A stretch of DNA of 64,000 nucleotides, taken from assembly GCA_951406725.2 (NCBI GenBank), contig OX597814.1, positions 197,656,001 to 197,720,000 of the forward strand, read 5' to 3'. Made by a program: the position numbers and the translations under genes. The notes beneath the pieces were generated by a model. It was given only the letters and a program-made list of their open reading frames with translations. It was not told the origin of the DNA and did not search any database. Positions 25,831 through 37,796 of this stretch are shown here, piece after piece. The first letter of the stretch is position 1. Each line of letters opens with the position of its first letter. The stretch is from Octopus vulgaris. Taxonomy: Eukaryota.

Positions 25831-26620
25831 GCCTGTCGTATCTTGTCGTATCTTGTCGTACCTTGTCGTAAACTGTCGTAGCCTGTCGTAACCTGCTGTA
25901 GCCTGTCGTAGATTGTCCGAATGTGGTGCAATGAAAGGAATTCTATTTCGGTGGTAAGTAGTTAGTTTGATGGGGCATGGTATATATTTTGTGTAAATAG
26001 TTTCTAACATGATTTAAGTCGTCGTTAAAATGTGATGAGAGCGTTTTATATTGTGGTTGAAGAGAATATACTGTAGTTGAATATTTTATATTTCAATAGG
26101 GACGGTTTTTAATGTGGTGGAATCGTATTTTAGTAGAATGCCTTGTACAGAGATGGAAGGGATTTATGCTGCGGTAGGAAAGTTATATTGTCGTTGAATG
26201 GGTTACATTTTCATTGAAGGTTTTCTTCAGCCCTAGGACTCGTAAACCCAGTTACTCGATTTCCAAGGTGTATAAGTGAACGAGATGACAATATGACAAC
26301 ATTGCTCTAAACGGGACGCCGATATGTTGCAGAGTTATACAGAAGGATTATTATAGTGAAGTTTTATTGTCGGAAGGATTTAAATTGTGATGGATGGACT
26401 TATACTCTTGGAAACAGTTATCTTGTATACGAAGGGATTGTGGGCTTTTTGATGCGGGTTATATTGCATTCAAATGAGTTTTACTGATGAAAAGGGCGAT
26501 TTTGTAACGGATGGGTCACACACTTTTGGAAAGGGATATTCTGTATACGAAAGAATTATGGGATTGCTGCTAGGGTTATGTTATATTCAAAAGGGTTATG
26601 CCATGTTGTAAGAGATTACA
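25831..26620. repeat. 10-bp tandem repeat (nnnTGTCGTA x8) followed by a degenerate ~20-bp minisatellite
   Basis: 25831-25910 has exact 10-bp phasing; units like AAGGGATTTATGCTGCGGTA / GGAAAGTTATATTGTCGTTG / AATGGGTTACATTTTCATTG follow. Confidence 0.75.
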
Positions 26621-26857
26621 TTGGTCCTCAGAATTCCGGTTTTTGAATTATACAAACAATTGTTAAGAATATATGATAGTTGAAGATATTTCTGAATAAT
26701 TTATTACGGTAATTGTGTATAAATATATCCGTGTATGTGTGGTGGTGTTGGTGAGATTATGTGTTTAAATATGTTTGTGGATTTGGACATTGTGTTGTTC
26801 GATTCACAGCATAAATTATATTCAGACACCTAATCATTGGAATTGATTTATTTCCAA

Positions 26858-27245
26858 ATATTCATATTATAACATATATATATATATATATAAATTATAT
26901 CATATCATATATATGATTAATATTATATGTATATTCCTATATGTTATTATATATGTAATATATGCTTAGTACCATATATTCCTATGTATTTATATCATTA
27001 TATATTCATATAATGTTATATATTTATATTATTATATCATATATTCATAATATTATAACATATATATATATATATATATATATATAAATTATGTCATATC
27101 ATATATATGATTAATATTATATGTATATTCCTATATGTTATTATATATGTAATATATGCATAGTACCATATCCTGCTATATATTTATATCATTATATATT
27201 CATATAATGTTATATATTTATATTATTATATCATATATTCATACA
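26858..27245. repeat. AT-rich ~200-bp tandem duplication
   Basis: TAAATTAT..CATATCATATATATGATTAATATTATATG..TAGTACCATAT block occurs twice. Confidence 0.85.
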
Positions 27246-27703
27246 TATTATAAATTATATATTTATATTATATATTCATGTATATTGTATATTTGTATTA
27301 TTAACCTTCATAGTTTATAATTATCCTTCTCTTATTTTCGTGTTTAATTTTATGTTTCGCTTCATTCAAACAGCATCATTGTTCCATTTCATGCTTTTAT
27401 AGAAAATAAAATAACCAAATTTGTATTTAATTATAATTTTCCTCAATCTTAATTCCTATATAGAAAATAATATTTGAAAATACATGTCAAGATTATCCGT
27501 TACGCTCTCTCTCTCTCTCGCTACAAACGTGCATATCTACGGATTTATATGAATACAAATAGGGAAATATCTGAATAAAATTAATCAAATATAATCGTTA
27601 AAGCTTAAACAACCACGGAAAAACATAGGAAACTATAAATACTAGAATATTGAATTAATGTTGCGGCTTTGCGGCATGAATCACAAATCTTATGTGTACG
27701 CAC

Positions 27704-27761
<58 letters not shown>

Positions 27762-27763
27762 GC

Positions 27764-27891
27764 ACATAGGGTAGGACAAAAATCACGAAATCTGACTGCG
27801 TATGGCGAGGCGATCAGAGAGCATAATCTGGTGGTTTCAGCTGTTATATAAACTACAAGTTTATACTTCGTGACTTTTGACTCTCCCTGTA
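27764..27891. mobile_element. small Tc1/mariner-type MITE in a TA microsatellite
   Basis: CATAGGGTAGGACAAAAATCACGAA vs TTCGTGACTTTTGACTCTCCCTGTA imperfect TIRs. Confidence 0.65.
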
Positions 27892-27895
27892 TATA

Positions 27896-27942
<47 letters not shown>

Positions 27943-28053
27943 ATAATAAATATTAGGGAATAAATCCAAATTTACAGAAAAATCAGATTTAGGATTAAAT
28001 CCAATTTTATAGTAAAATATTATATAATATTATATAATATTGAAACTGATTTG

Positions 28054-28113
28054 AAAATCGGAAATCCACCTGAAGATTGTCATTAGACATGAAACAATTG
28101 TAGTGGCGGTTTT
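28054..28113 (+). ncRNA. minimal type I hammerhead ribozyme, probably from a Penelope-like element pLTR
   Basis: AAAAUCG-GAAAU-CCAC | CUGAAGA | U UGUC AUUA GACA U | GAAA CAAUUG UA | GUGG-CGGUUUU: full catalytic core, stems I-III, GUA cleavage triplet. Confidence 0.82.
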
Positions 28114-28183
28114 TACTTTTTATTAAAATTTTATGTATTGATTAAGTCTTTCCTTGTTTGTTTTGCAAAATAGTGGTTTTGTC

Positions 28184-28220
<37 letters not shown>

Positions 28221-28234
28221 GTATACATGTATAT

Positions 28235-28925
28235 ACATGTGTGACTGTGTGGGAAGAAGCTTGCTTTCCAACCACTTGGTTACGTGTTGAGTTCCACTAC
28301 GTGACACCTTGGCAAGTGTCTTCTACTATAGCCTCGGTTCGACCAAAGCCTTGTGAGTGAATTTGGTAGACGGAAGCTAAAAGAAGCTCGTCGTATATAT
28401 ATATATGTATGTATGTGTGTGTGTGTGTCTATATATATATATGTGTGTGTATGTATGTATGTATATATATAAATATATATATGTGTATATATTTATATAT
28501 GTGTGTATTTTGGGGGAGGGGGCCAGTCGATTACGTCGACCCCAGTACGCAACTGGTACGTAATTTATCGATCATGAAAAGATGAAAGGCAAAGTCGACC
28601 TCGGCGGAATTTGAACTCAGAACGTAATGACAGACGAAATACTGCTAAGCATTTCGCCCGACATGCTAACGTTTCTGCCAGCTCGCCGCCTTCCGCTATT
28701 TCAAATGTTTTTTTCTACCCTAGTCACAAGGCCCAAAATTTTGGGTGAGTGGGGGGACAGTCGATTACGTCGACCCCAGTACGCAACTAGTACGTAATTT
28801 ATCTATCCCGAAAGGACGAAAGGCAAAGTCAACCTCGGCGGAATTTGAACTCAGAACGTAAAGACAGACGAAATACTGCTACGCATTTCGTCCAGCGTGC
28901 TAACGATTCCGCCAGCTCGCCACCT
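28235..28925. mobile_element. SINE A 5' half (+, 28235-28395) and two SINE B tail-2 copies (-, 28506-28925)
   Basis: Family-diagnostic motifs. Confidence 0.88.
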
Positions 28926-28934
28926 AAGATTAAA

Positions 28935-29112
28935 ATATTTTCATGTTAGCGATGTTTTTCTTAAGACATGGACAGAATTCCTGTTAACAATTTTTAGTTA
29001 TTCTAGTAGTTCTGGGTTTCTATATGTTAGACCATAATGTTTAAGAGTTCTGTTTGGTATTATCCCCAAACTCCGATGATAACTGGTATAGATTTTGTTT
29101 TTAAATGCCACA
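28935..29112 (-). mobile_element. R4/Dong-type LINE C-terminal fragment
   Basis: MWHLKTKSIPVIIG and SVHVLRK on the minus strand. Confidence 0.6.
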
Positions 29113-29286
29113 TACGACTAGGTGCTGAAAAGTTCCGAGCTTTAAGGGTTCCGCGAAAGTTCTGATTGGGGGCCCAACATTCCGAGTTCTTTTACAGGGA
29201 ATAGAAAAACTGAAAGACCGCTGCAATAAGTGTGTGAATCTGAGAGGGGAAAATATTGAATAAAATCATAATTAATTGATCCTCTC
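29113..29286 (+). mobile_element. mariner-type MITE, left part
   Basis: TACGACTAGGTGCTGAAAAGTTCC..; aligns to 21068-21203 then 21445-21470. Confidence 0.7.
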
Positions 29287-30565
29287 GCTTAAAAGGTCCC
29301 TGAATAAGGGTTGTTTAAGGATGTTGAACGAAACACCAAGGTTTCGAAAAAATCCCCTCAATACATAGCTATGATGCTCCACATGATTACTGCTCGTGAT
29401 CAGAGATGCACATATTGTCAGTCACTAAGGGACATGCTCAACTGGTTACCGTTAAACAACTGACAAGCAAATCTATGGTACTGCGCAGAATATTTGCAGT
29501 AGCCTATCTTTTATACCATGACAAACAACGTACATGATAACAATTCCAATCACTTAAGAAGGCATGAAAGCCACTGACTGGTACTGCATCAGGGCATTTA
29601 TTGTTGTTTGTTTGTTTGTTGTTGTTGTTGTTGTTTACGACAGCTATGTCCGGATCTCTTCTGTCCATCAGACGCATCTTAGCTTCCTAATCTATGTGTA
29701 TCATTGTTTTGAGAATCTAGAATCGCATTTTTTATTGTATCTGTTTTGCATGGTTGTTGTGTTCGCTTATTAGTAATTATTTTGTTGTTCTTGGTATCAT
29801 TTTATTGTTTCGTCTAGAATATGAATCGTATCTGGGAAATTCCTAATTCATAGATATAAACAAGGAAAATTGGTTGTCTATAATTTCCTTGTGTTTTTTT
29901 TTTCTATTTACCAACAGTAAAATTAGATCTTGTCTGATTTTGTTGGTGTTATAAATCAACAGTAATTTCCCAGCTCTTTGTTTGAGATTATATGTTAAAT
30001 ATAGAAATTTAACATGGAATGTTGTAGATAGTAATTTGGAGCAGTTAACACGAATGTATTTGTGAATGTCTGCATTGCGTGATGGAAATGTTATGAAAAA
30101 TACACAAAGTATGTTCCTGCTACTTGTCAACAGGATGATTTACGTAGTAAAGCTAGATGTGTGCAAATATAAATGGTCAATGTAGGAAGAAAAATTATTT
30201 AAACGTGTAAATATTTATCGGTCGAAATTCTGTTGAGGCTATGCCGCAGTAGAAGTTAATTTATATCAAGACAGGGCGAAAGGGAACCAAAGTAACACTA
30301 GTACATAATTGCTAATAGAATAAAAGATCTGGACGCAAAGAGAGACTTGCTTGTGCCGTGTGAATGTCAATAAGGGAGAAACGGGGAGAAGACTTGATGT
30401 TGGGGAGCCTTTATAGAAGAATTTAACTCTACAAACTACTATTTTCTATTTGATTAAAACACTTCGCGTGGCAAGACTATGGTAAAATGTGGACGGTGGA
30501 ACTGATATTGATAAGTACTTGAAATGTGTTAATTTGTTGAGTTGTGGTTATGTAGAGTATGTGCT

Positions 30566-30869
30566 GTGGAGGCACATGGCCTAGTGGTTAGAGAAGCGGA
30601 CTTGCGGTCGAGGGACGCGGGTTCGAATCTCAGACCGGACGATGTGTGGGTTTATGAGCGAAACATCTAAGCTTCACGCGGCCACGGCAGAAGATAATGG
30701 CAAAACTTCTGCTGACTCTTTCGCCACAATGTTCTCTCATTCTTTCCTCCTACATCTTGCAGCTCACCTGCGACGGACCGGCGTCCCGTCCAGGTGGGGA
30801 ACCTGTGCAACAAGGAAACCGGGAACCCGGCCCTTATGAGCTAGGCGTGGATCGAGAAGGAACAAACAA
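30566..30869 (+). mobile_element. SINE family D, full length with 16-bp TSD
   Basis: A box TGGCCTAGTGG, B box GGTTCGAATCTC; TAGAGTATGTGCTGTG at 30553-30568 and 30870-30885. Confidence 0.9.
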
Positions 30870-31034
30870 TAGAGTATGTGCTGTGTGACTTATGGTTCGT
30901 GCTAAAATATCGAATGATGACTTTATGAAGCATGTTCAAAGTCGTGTGGGTTATGTTATATTGTTGGTAGCAATTGTGTTAATGTGGTTCGGAGTGTTGA
31001 TTATGTAAACATTTGTGTTGCATTATTATATGAT

Positions 31035-31295
31035 CATTCATCATCATTGTTCGACCGTGGTCGAGACAATGGAATTTACCATGCTACGCCAGACTTCACG
31101 GTCCATCATGGCATTACGGAGGTCCTGTTGCTGGATGTCTGTATCCCTGGAGACTACATCAGGGTAGGAGAGTGTGCGCCCTCTGGTATTGCGAGTAGAT
31201 GGCTTCCAGAGGAGAAGAGTAGAAATTACTTCTTTTTCAGCTCTACAACAATGTCCAGCAAACTGGACTCTCCTACCTTTCACAATGACCAAGTG
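31035..31295 (-). mobile_element. RTE-clade LINE 3' end
   Basis: RRVQFAGHCCRAEKEVISTLLLWKP..LSYPDVVSRDT..AMMDREVWRSMV*, followed by a (TGA)n tail. Confidence 0.85.
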
Positions 31296-31297
31296 GT

Positions 31298-31497
31298 AAG
31301 GCGGCGAGCTAGCAGAATCGTTAGCATGCTGGGCAAAATGCTTAGAGGCATTTCTGAGTTCACATTCCACCGAAGTCGACTTTGCCTTTCATCATTTTCT
31401 GGTCGATAAAATAAGTACCAGTTAAGTGCCTGGTTGATGAAATCGACTTGTTCCCGCCCCCAAAATTTCAAGCCTTGTGCCTATAGTAGAAAGGATC
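31298..31497 (+). mobile_element. SINE family B tail-2 copy
   Basis: GGCGGCGAGCTAGCAGAATCGTTAG head; tail GCCTTGTGCCTATAGTAGAAAGG. Confidence 0.85.
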
Positions 31498-31824
31498 ATC
31501 ATATGAGGAGGACGAATGCATAACGTATGCGGATTGCGTTGTTGTTGCATGACTCTAGATCAACTCTAATAGATCACACCCGTGAGTAAAAGCATTCCAA
31601 CCACGACCATCACTCCGTCTCTTTACGGTGTGATTTGAGTGAGATTTAGCTGTTAGCTTTAGAAGCTCTGATGATCGCCTTGAAGCTCATAATTTTGGCT
31701 CATAATTTTGCAAAGTATTTATTGAGTTAATTCATAATGCTATGATAGTATGGTTGCCTAAGAGTTGTTTAAGCTGTCTTACGTTAGATGTGGGATCTAC
31801 CTAACAGAGCTTTCTTTTGGATTG

Positions 31825-32250
31825 TGTATATGTGTGCTTGAAATGCCTGACACGCGACTCTCTAAGAAATAGCGAACAGGCGAAAGGCAAGAGGAAGCAA
31901 ACGTAGACAGGAAAAGCGCTTCAAGGACCCACTCAAAGCTTCAATGAAGAGCTGTCAGATCTAACCCGACAGTTGGGAAAATCAAGCATAAGACAACCCT
32001 ATATAAGGCGAAGCTGCATCAACAGAGGTTTCACCTCTTACGAACAGAACCGGATTGCAGGGGCCCAAAGAAACGCGAACTACGCAAGTCCAGAGCCAAA
32101 TCCTTGCCTTCAGCCCCAGCAAACCACCAATACCCGACCTGCGATAGAGCTTTCCGTGTACGCATCGGACTGCTTGGCCACAGCGGACACACCGTGCCCC
32201 GTCTTCTCCCATGTAATATCCTTGGTCATCGTCGATCGCGACGGACGAAC
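31825..32250 (+). mobile_element. RTE (BovB-like) LINE 3' end with terminal C2H2 remnant
   Basis: MPDTRL, KRFKDPLKASMKSC, SWENQA, YEQNRIAGAQ, PTCDRAFRVRIGLLGHS; ends GGTCATCGTCGATCGCGACGGACGAAC. Confidence 0.88.
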
Positions 32251-32429
32251 TATTGTGTGCTCCGGTATACTCTTTATACTTTTGTCCATGTTTATCTTAA
32301 TCACCTCCTAAAGCCCCAGGTGTTACTTGTATTGTTATTACTTCAATGCCCCACCTTTGCTTTATTTCCATTTCGAGCTAATCGTATTTTGATACTTTCT
32401 CGATTTCTTGCCCGGCGAACTTTCAGTTT

Positions 32430-32720
32430 AAAAGTATCAAGATGCCTATCAAAGAACAGAGATATTCGTTTCTGGCTTTGGCAATTATATGTGAGCACTT
32501 CACATTGATCGTTTTGTCAATTTGGCAACAACAATCGGGTATGTTCCGTATTAGTGTTGCCAGATCCGTGACATGTACGGCATTTGGTACATGTTCGTAC
32601 CAGTTCTTATCGGCTTTCCACTTCGATCTGTTGGCATGGCTATTAAATCGATTGTGTCTAAGGATGTAGCCTGACTTTACAAACTCCACAGACAGAAACA
32701 ATGTTTCCGTTAGCATTAGA
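32430..32720 (-). mobile_element. R4/Dong-type RLE fragment
   Basis: YILRHN..KNWYEHVPNAV..QIDKTI..YLCSLI. Confidence 0.65.
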
Positions 32721-33023
32721 TATTAAACCAAATGAATAAAATTATAATCAATACATACACGCAAATACTACGCACAAATACACATACACACAAATACTAT
32801 ACACGCGCACACACACATACACAAGCACGCACACACACACATATGGCTGTGTTTAAACGTATATGATTCTCTTTTTGTTTACGGGAGATGTGTGTTCGGG
32901 TCCCACGAACAGCCCTCGGGTTCTCTTCGAAAGATTTTTTAATCCAATATTTACACACAAATAAATTGCTTTCAATCAAGGAAGAATATATCATGTCTGT
33001 ATGATGAGAAGCTAAATTGTAAA

Positions 33024-33128
<105 letters not shown>

Positions 33129-33751
33129 CAGCAACTTCTTACTTCCTACGTCGTCGTATCTTTGTTACTTGTGTTTTACATCTTCGGTATCATCCCCTTT
33201 TTTTTATTATTTTTCTCTAGTCTTTTTACCTTTTACTTCTTTCAGTCATTATACTCCGCCCATGCTGGAGTACTAACTTGAAGAGTTTTTGGTCGAATGC
33301 ATCAATACTAGTCCTTGATTTTTTTTTCTTTTTAGAGACTGGTACTTATTTTCTCTTATAACTGCGAAGAGAGCTTCCTAACCAATCGGCCATACAGCAT
33401 TTTTAATTTTGCTAATACATACCAAATGGAAAATGCTAATTAATATGTGTATATATTATATGTTCAAATAGGAATTAGAAGTAATTCGAGGTATATAAAC
33501 GAATTTGAACGCACATGCACGAGGTATTTGTGTTGCTTTTTTGTGTGTGTTCAAGGCGTAACAACCGGGAACTGACCAGACCTACCGGCTCGAAAATTCT
33601 TAAGCATGCGCAGGAAGGGTGGCGTCATTTGTCATCCAAAGGATTTCACCCTAGCAGCATTAGTTTTAGCGGGAAAAATAAAGTTGGATACTTTTAGAAC
33701 GTAGCACGTATGTATGTATGTATGTATGTATGTATGTATGTATGTATGTAT

Positions 33752-33781
<30 letters not shown>

Positions 33782-33785
<4 letters not shown>

Positions 33786-34100
33786 CTGCGTTGGCTGGGT
33801 CATGTCCTCCGTCGTCAACCAGGAGAATTCATCTACGAAGCAATTGCCCCAACTCCCCTTCATGGTTGGCGAAAGCGATGTGGTGGACAACGAAAAACGT
33901 GGCTGATGACAGTCAAGGCTGATCTGGAACCCAGCCTGGGCCCCCATGTCTACGGCGTCCGCCGCTGGAATAGGATTTGGTTGGGGATCACGCAGTTGTT
34001 AGCCTCAAATCGCCAGGCCTGGTTGGCGTTTGTGAGAGATGCAGCATTGAGGATGAATGAAGCCAGCTCAATCTACCCGGAGTGAATGCTGTCTGAAGAC
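33782..34100 (+). mobile_element. RTE LINE 3' end
   Basis: LRWLGHVLRR..GWRKRCGGQRKTWLMTVKADL..LASNRQAWLAFVRD. Confidence 0.9.
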
Positions 34101-34224
34101 AAGAAGATATATATATATATAGCAACAAGACTTCTAAAAACTTGAAACCCTTAAAACAATTATTACCCTTACCAGAACCAGAATCTCTATGACAATAACG
34201 TATTGTTAATGTATAGCATAATAA

Positions 34225-34421
34225 ACCTTTCCACTTTAAGTACAAGGTCTAAAATTTTGTGGAAAGGAAGTAATCGATTACTTCAACTCACCATTGCTCA
34301 ACTCCGAAAAGATGAAAGTCAATGTCGACCTCGGCGGAATTTGAACACAGAATGTAAACACGGACGAAATCCTGCTAAGCATTTTGTCCGGCGTGCGAAT
34401 CATTCTGCTACCTCGCCGCCT
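34225..34421 (-). mobile_element. SINE family B, diverged
   Basis: TCGACCTCGGCGGAATTTGAAC..CTCGCCGCC. Confidence 0.8.
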
Positions 34422-35928
34422 TAAATGTGTGGTATAACACGATATTATGTGTATGATATAATATAAACAACAAAACCACCATAAATCAAGAGACCTTGAA
34501 CCCTTATATAAGTTCAACGTTATGAGAACAAGAATTTCAATGAAGGACAACATAGAAATACGAGAACACACGATACGAAAGTCAACAAGAACATCGAACG
34601 TGTACGTCTCTCATCAGCTGCCTGACGGATATCATTGTGAAGTCTATTCTTAACATCAAACACTTTCACCTTCAGACATGTTAGAGATTACTAAACACAC
34701 TGAAAATAAGAAACAAAAATCTTACAAATCACATACTTAAATGAAGGCTATATTGAAAAATGTAGTTCTTGATATACTAGCGACGAGTGAGTATAAATGG
34801 CTGAATATACCTCAGATAAGTGTACCCCCTACCATGATCCTTAAGTAGCATCAGTGTCATGCAGCATGTAAGAAGGTTGGGTCTTTGAATTGGAGATACA
34901 ATCACTCCAACGATCTTCCGTGCAGTGTCCGTCTACGCGATTTCACTCAAAAAATTTTGTATGACCCAAGATTCGAAGATTTAAGTAAAGGGACATTTGC
35001 ATTTGATAGGGGTCACAGAGTGAGATCGAACTGAGGAGTTTGTAATTGCGAAGTGAATGTTATAACCAGCTAAGCATTTGTCTGCATATATATATATGTG
35101 TGTGTGTATACATACATATATATCCATATATATCTATATATGTATATATATAAGTGTATGTGTGCGTGTGTGTATACACATATGTATATATATATACACA
35201 CACAAACATACGTACATGTATTATATGAGAGTTATACATGTGTATATGAGTGTGTGACTGCGTGCGTGTGTGAAAGAGAGAGAGTGAGAGAGAATCTGTG
35301 TGTGTGTGAATGAATGTCGCTCTTTCTCTCTCTCGCACTCTCTCTCTCTGTATATATGCATAGATATATGTGTGTATGGATTTAAGATCGACGGTGGCGA
35401 CGGTGAAGTCAGACGTCTGTTTACATTTTTTTATTATCCCTTTTCAGCGACAGCATTTGTCTGCATCATTTCAATCACTTCAGAACATCGACTGACACTA
35501 GCAGCATTTGAAATAACAATAACTATCTGGGAGGGGGGGGGCCGACAATTTTATTTATCTTCGGACAATGAAACATTCCTGTTGTTGAAGTTGTTTATTT
35601 GTGAACTGACTTACATTTCAGTGTACTTCGTCATGGTAACTCTGAGACTGCGTTCATACTGCTGGTAGAATGATTTTTACGGACGTTTTTGTAGCAACGT
35701 GATAAATTTTGATTTCAACGCAAACAGAAAGTGATGTGTGCAAAATACTTACGCCATCTTTGATATCTCGTAGGATTTGTATTAACGTTTTGTTGTTGGT
35801 GGTGGTACTCGTATTGTTATCGGTGACTATCATGACTTCCAAATCGGAATTCAATGCGCTAAGAATTATCTTTTTTATATATCTGCTTGCGTAATGCAAA
35901 CTCTCTCCGCAAAAGGCGATTCTGTATC

Positions 35929-35985
<57 letters not shown>

Positions 35986-36189
35986 TTTTATTCTTTTATT
36001 CTTTCAGACATTTAACTATAACCATGTTCGAGCACCATCTTTAATCGAACAAATCGACCGCAGGATTTATGCTTTGTCAGACTAGTACTTATTCTATTGG
36101 TGTTTTTTGCCGAACTGCTAAGTTATGGGGATGTAAACACACCATCATCGGTTGTCAAACACAGAGGCACAAATACACGCACAAACACA

Positions 36190-36240
36190 TACTTATATAC
36201 ATATATATGTATTATCTCTATATATGTATGCATATAAATG

Positions 36241-36274
<34 letters not shown>

Positions 36275-36333
36275 TGTATGTATGTATGTATGTATGTATA
36301 TATATGTATGTATATGTATATATATATGTATGT

Positions 36334-36383
<50 letters not shown>

Positions 36384-36678
36384 GTATATATATGTATGTA
36401 TGTATGTATATATGTATGTATATATGTATGTATGTATATATATTTATATGTGTACATATGTATATATATATATCTGTATATATATATATATATGTGCGTG
36501 TACATATGTATTTATGTGTATATATGTATATATATGTATGTATTTATGTATATATATATGTGTGTATATATGTATATATGTGTGTGTATATATGTATATA
36601 TGTGTGTGTATATATGTATATATATATGTGTGTATATATATGTATATATATGTATGTGTATATATATGTATATATGTG

Positions 36679-36713
<35 letters not shown>

Positions 36714-36817
36714 AAATATATACGTATGTGTTTATATATACGTATGTGTTTATATATACGTATGTGTTTATATATATATGTGTGTATATATATATACGTA
36801 TGTGTATGTATATACAC

Positions 36818-36852
<35 letters not shown>
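36190..36852. repeat. long TATG/TA/TG low-complexity tract
   Basis: Direct reading; source of the longest ORFs in the track. Confidence 0.97.
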
Positions 36853-36856
<4 letters not shown>

Positions 36857-36960
36857 AAGTCTGTCGGTATTAAATCAGGTGATCTTGGTGGCCAAAGTCC
36901 CTTCAAAATAATCCGTTCACCGAAAAATTCACCGTGGAAAGACTTTTTGAACACCCTGTA
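36853..36960 (-). mobile_element. internally deleted Tc1/mariner-superfamily element
   Basis: TA-CAGGGTGTTCAAAAAGTC terminus fused to [24 protein letters not shown] (WPPRSPDL motif). Confidence 0.85.
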
Positions 36961-37663
36961 TATAAAGGAGAAAGGGAGGGATTAAAAGATCCAGTCAGAA
37001 ATCTCTATGTATATATATATATATATATATATACATAATGTCTGCAGAGTGAGAGAGAGAGAAATAGAGAGACAGAGAGCAAGACAGTGTGAGTGATAAA
37101 GAGGGAGAGAAAGGGAGAGAAACGAAGGTTTTGCTATATAAATATTAATATGTACGTTCATATGCATTAACGTAAAAGTGTGCGTGTGTAGGTCTGTAGA
37201 TGTATGTGTATATGTGCTTTTTTTGTACATTGATAGGTCGTATCTGTTATATCATTGAATGATTGAACGATGAAGTGGGCGGTCGTAAAATTGATCGTTA
37301 TATATTTATATATATATATATTTATGATACCTGTCGTAGGTTGGCGAAATGCTTTTATGTTTTGTTTTTTTTTTCTCCTCTAACTGTCGGATGAATCGAA
37401 GACGTTTTCTATGCAAGATTCCTTTTAATGTCAGAAGAATTCTAAACAGATGCACTTTTGCAATAACCATTTCTAGGTAATATCTACAAAACAGCTGAAC
37501 ATTGCGTTTCATTCAGCTAATAATGGATGTTCTAGAAAAAGTACAACTTACCTTATTTTTCTACATCACTTCATTCCCTACAACTCACACATCACAGAGC
37601 CGCATTTCTCATGGACTGCATTAACATCATTTACTTCCTGTCTTCATTTCTGAAATTCTTTAC

Positions 37664-37796
37664 TTCTGTTGAATGACCACTGGTCGTCATTATTCTGTTG
37701 AATGACCACTGGTTGTCATTACTCTGTTGAATGACCACTGGACGTCATTATTCTGTTGAATGACCACTAGTCGTTGATGATCTGTTGAATGACCAG
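37664..37796. repeat. 29-bp minisatellite x4.6 with internal palindrome
   Basis: TTCTGTTGAATGACCACTGGTCGTCATTA at 37664, 37693, 37722, 37751 and 37780. Confidence 0.95.

Noticed and set aside
30566-30640. tRNA gene (A and B boxes)
   Set aside because: No complete cloverleaf or acceptor stem; it continues into a SINE body with a TSD.
36069-36873. Long ORFs (up to 262 aa) rich in Y/I/C/V/M; also 1469-2005, 13675-14061, 39061-39600 and others
   Set aside because: Stop-free translations of TA/TG/TATG/TCTA microsatellites.
37664-37796. CRISPR-like palindromic 29-bp repeats
   Set aside because: Units are contiguous with no spacers, there are no cas genes, and the context is eukaryotic.
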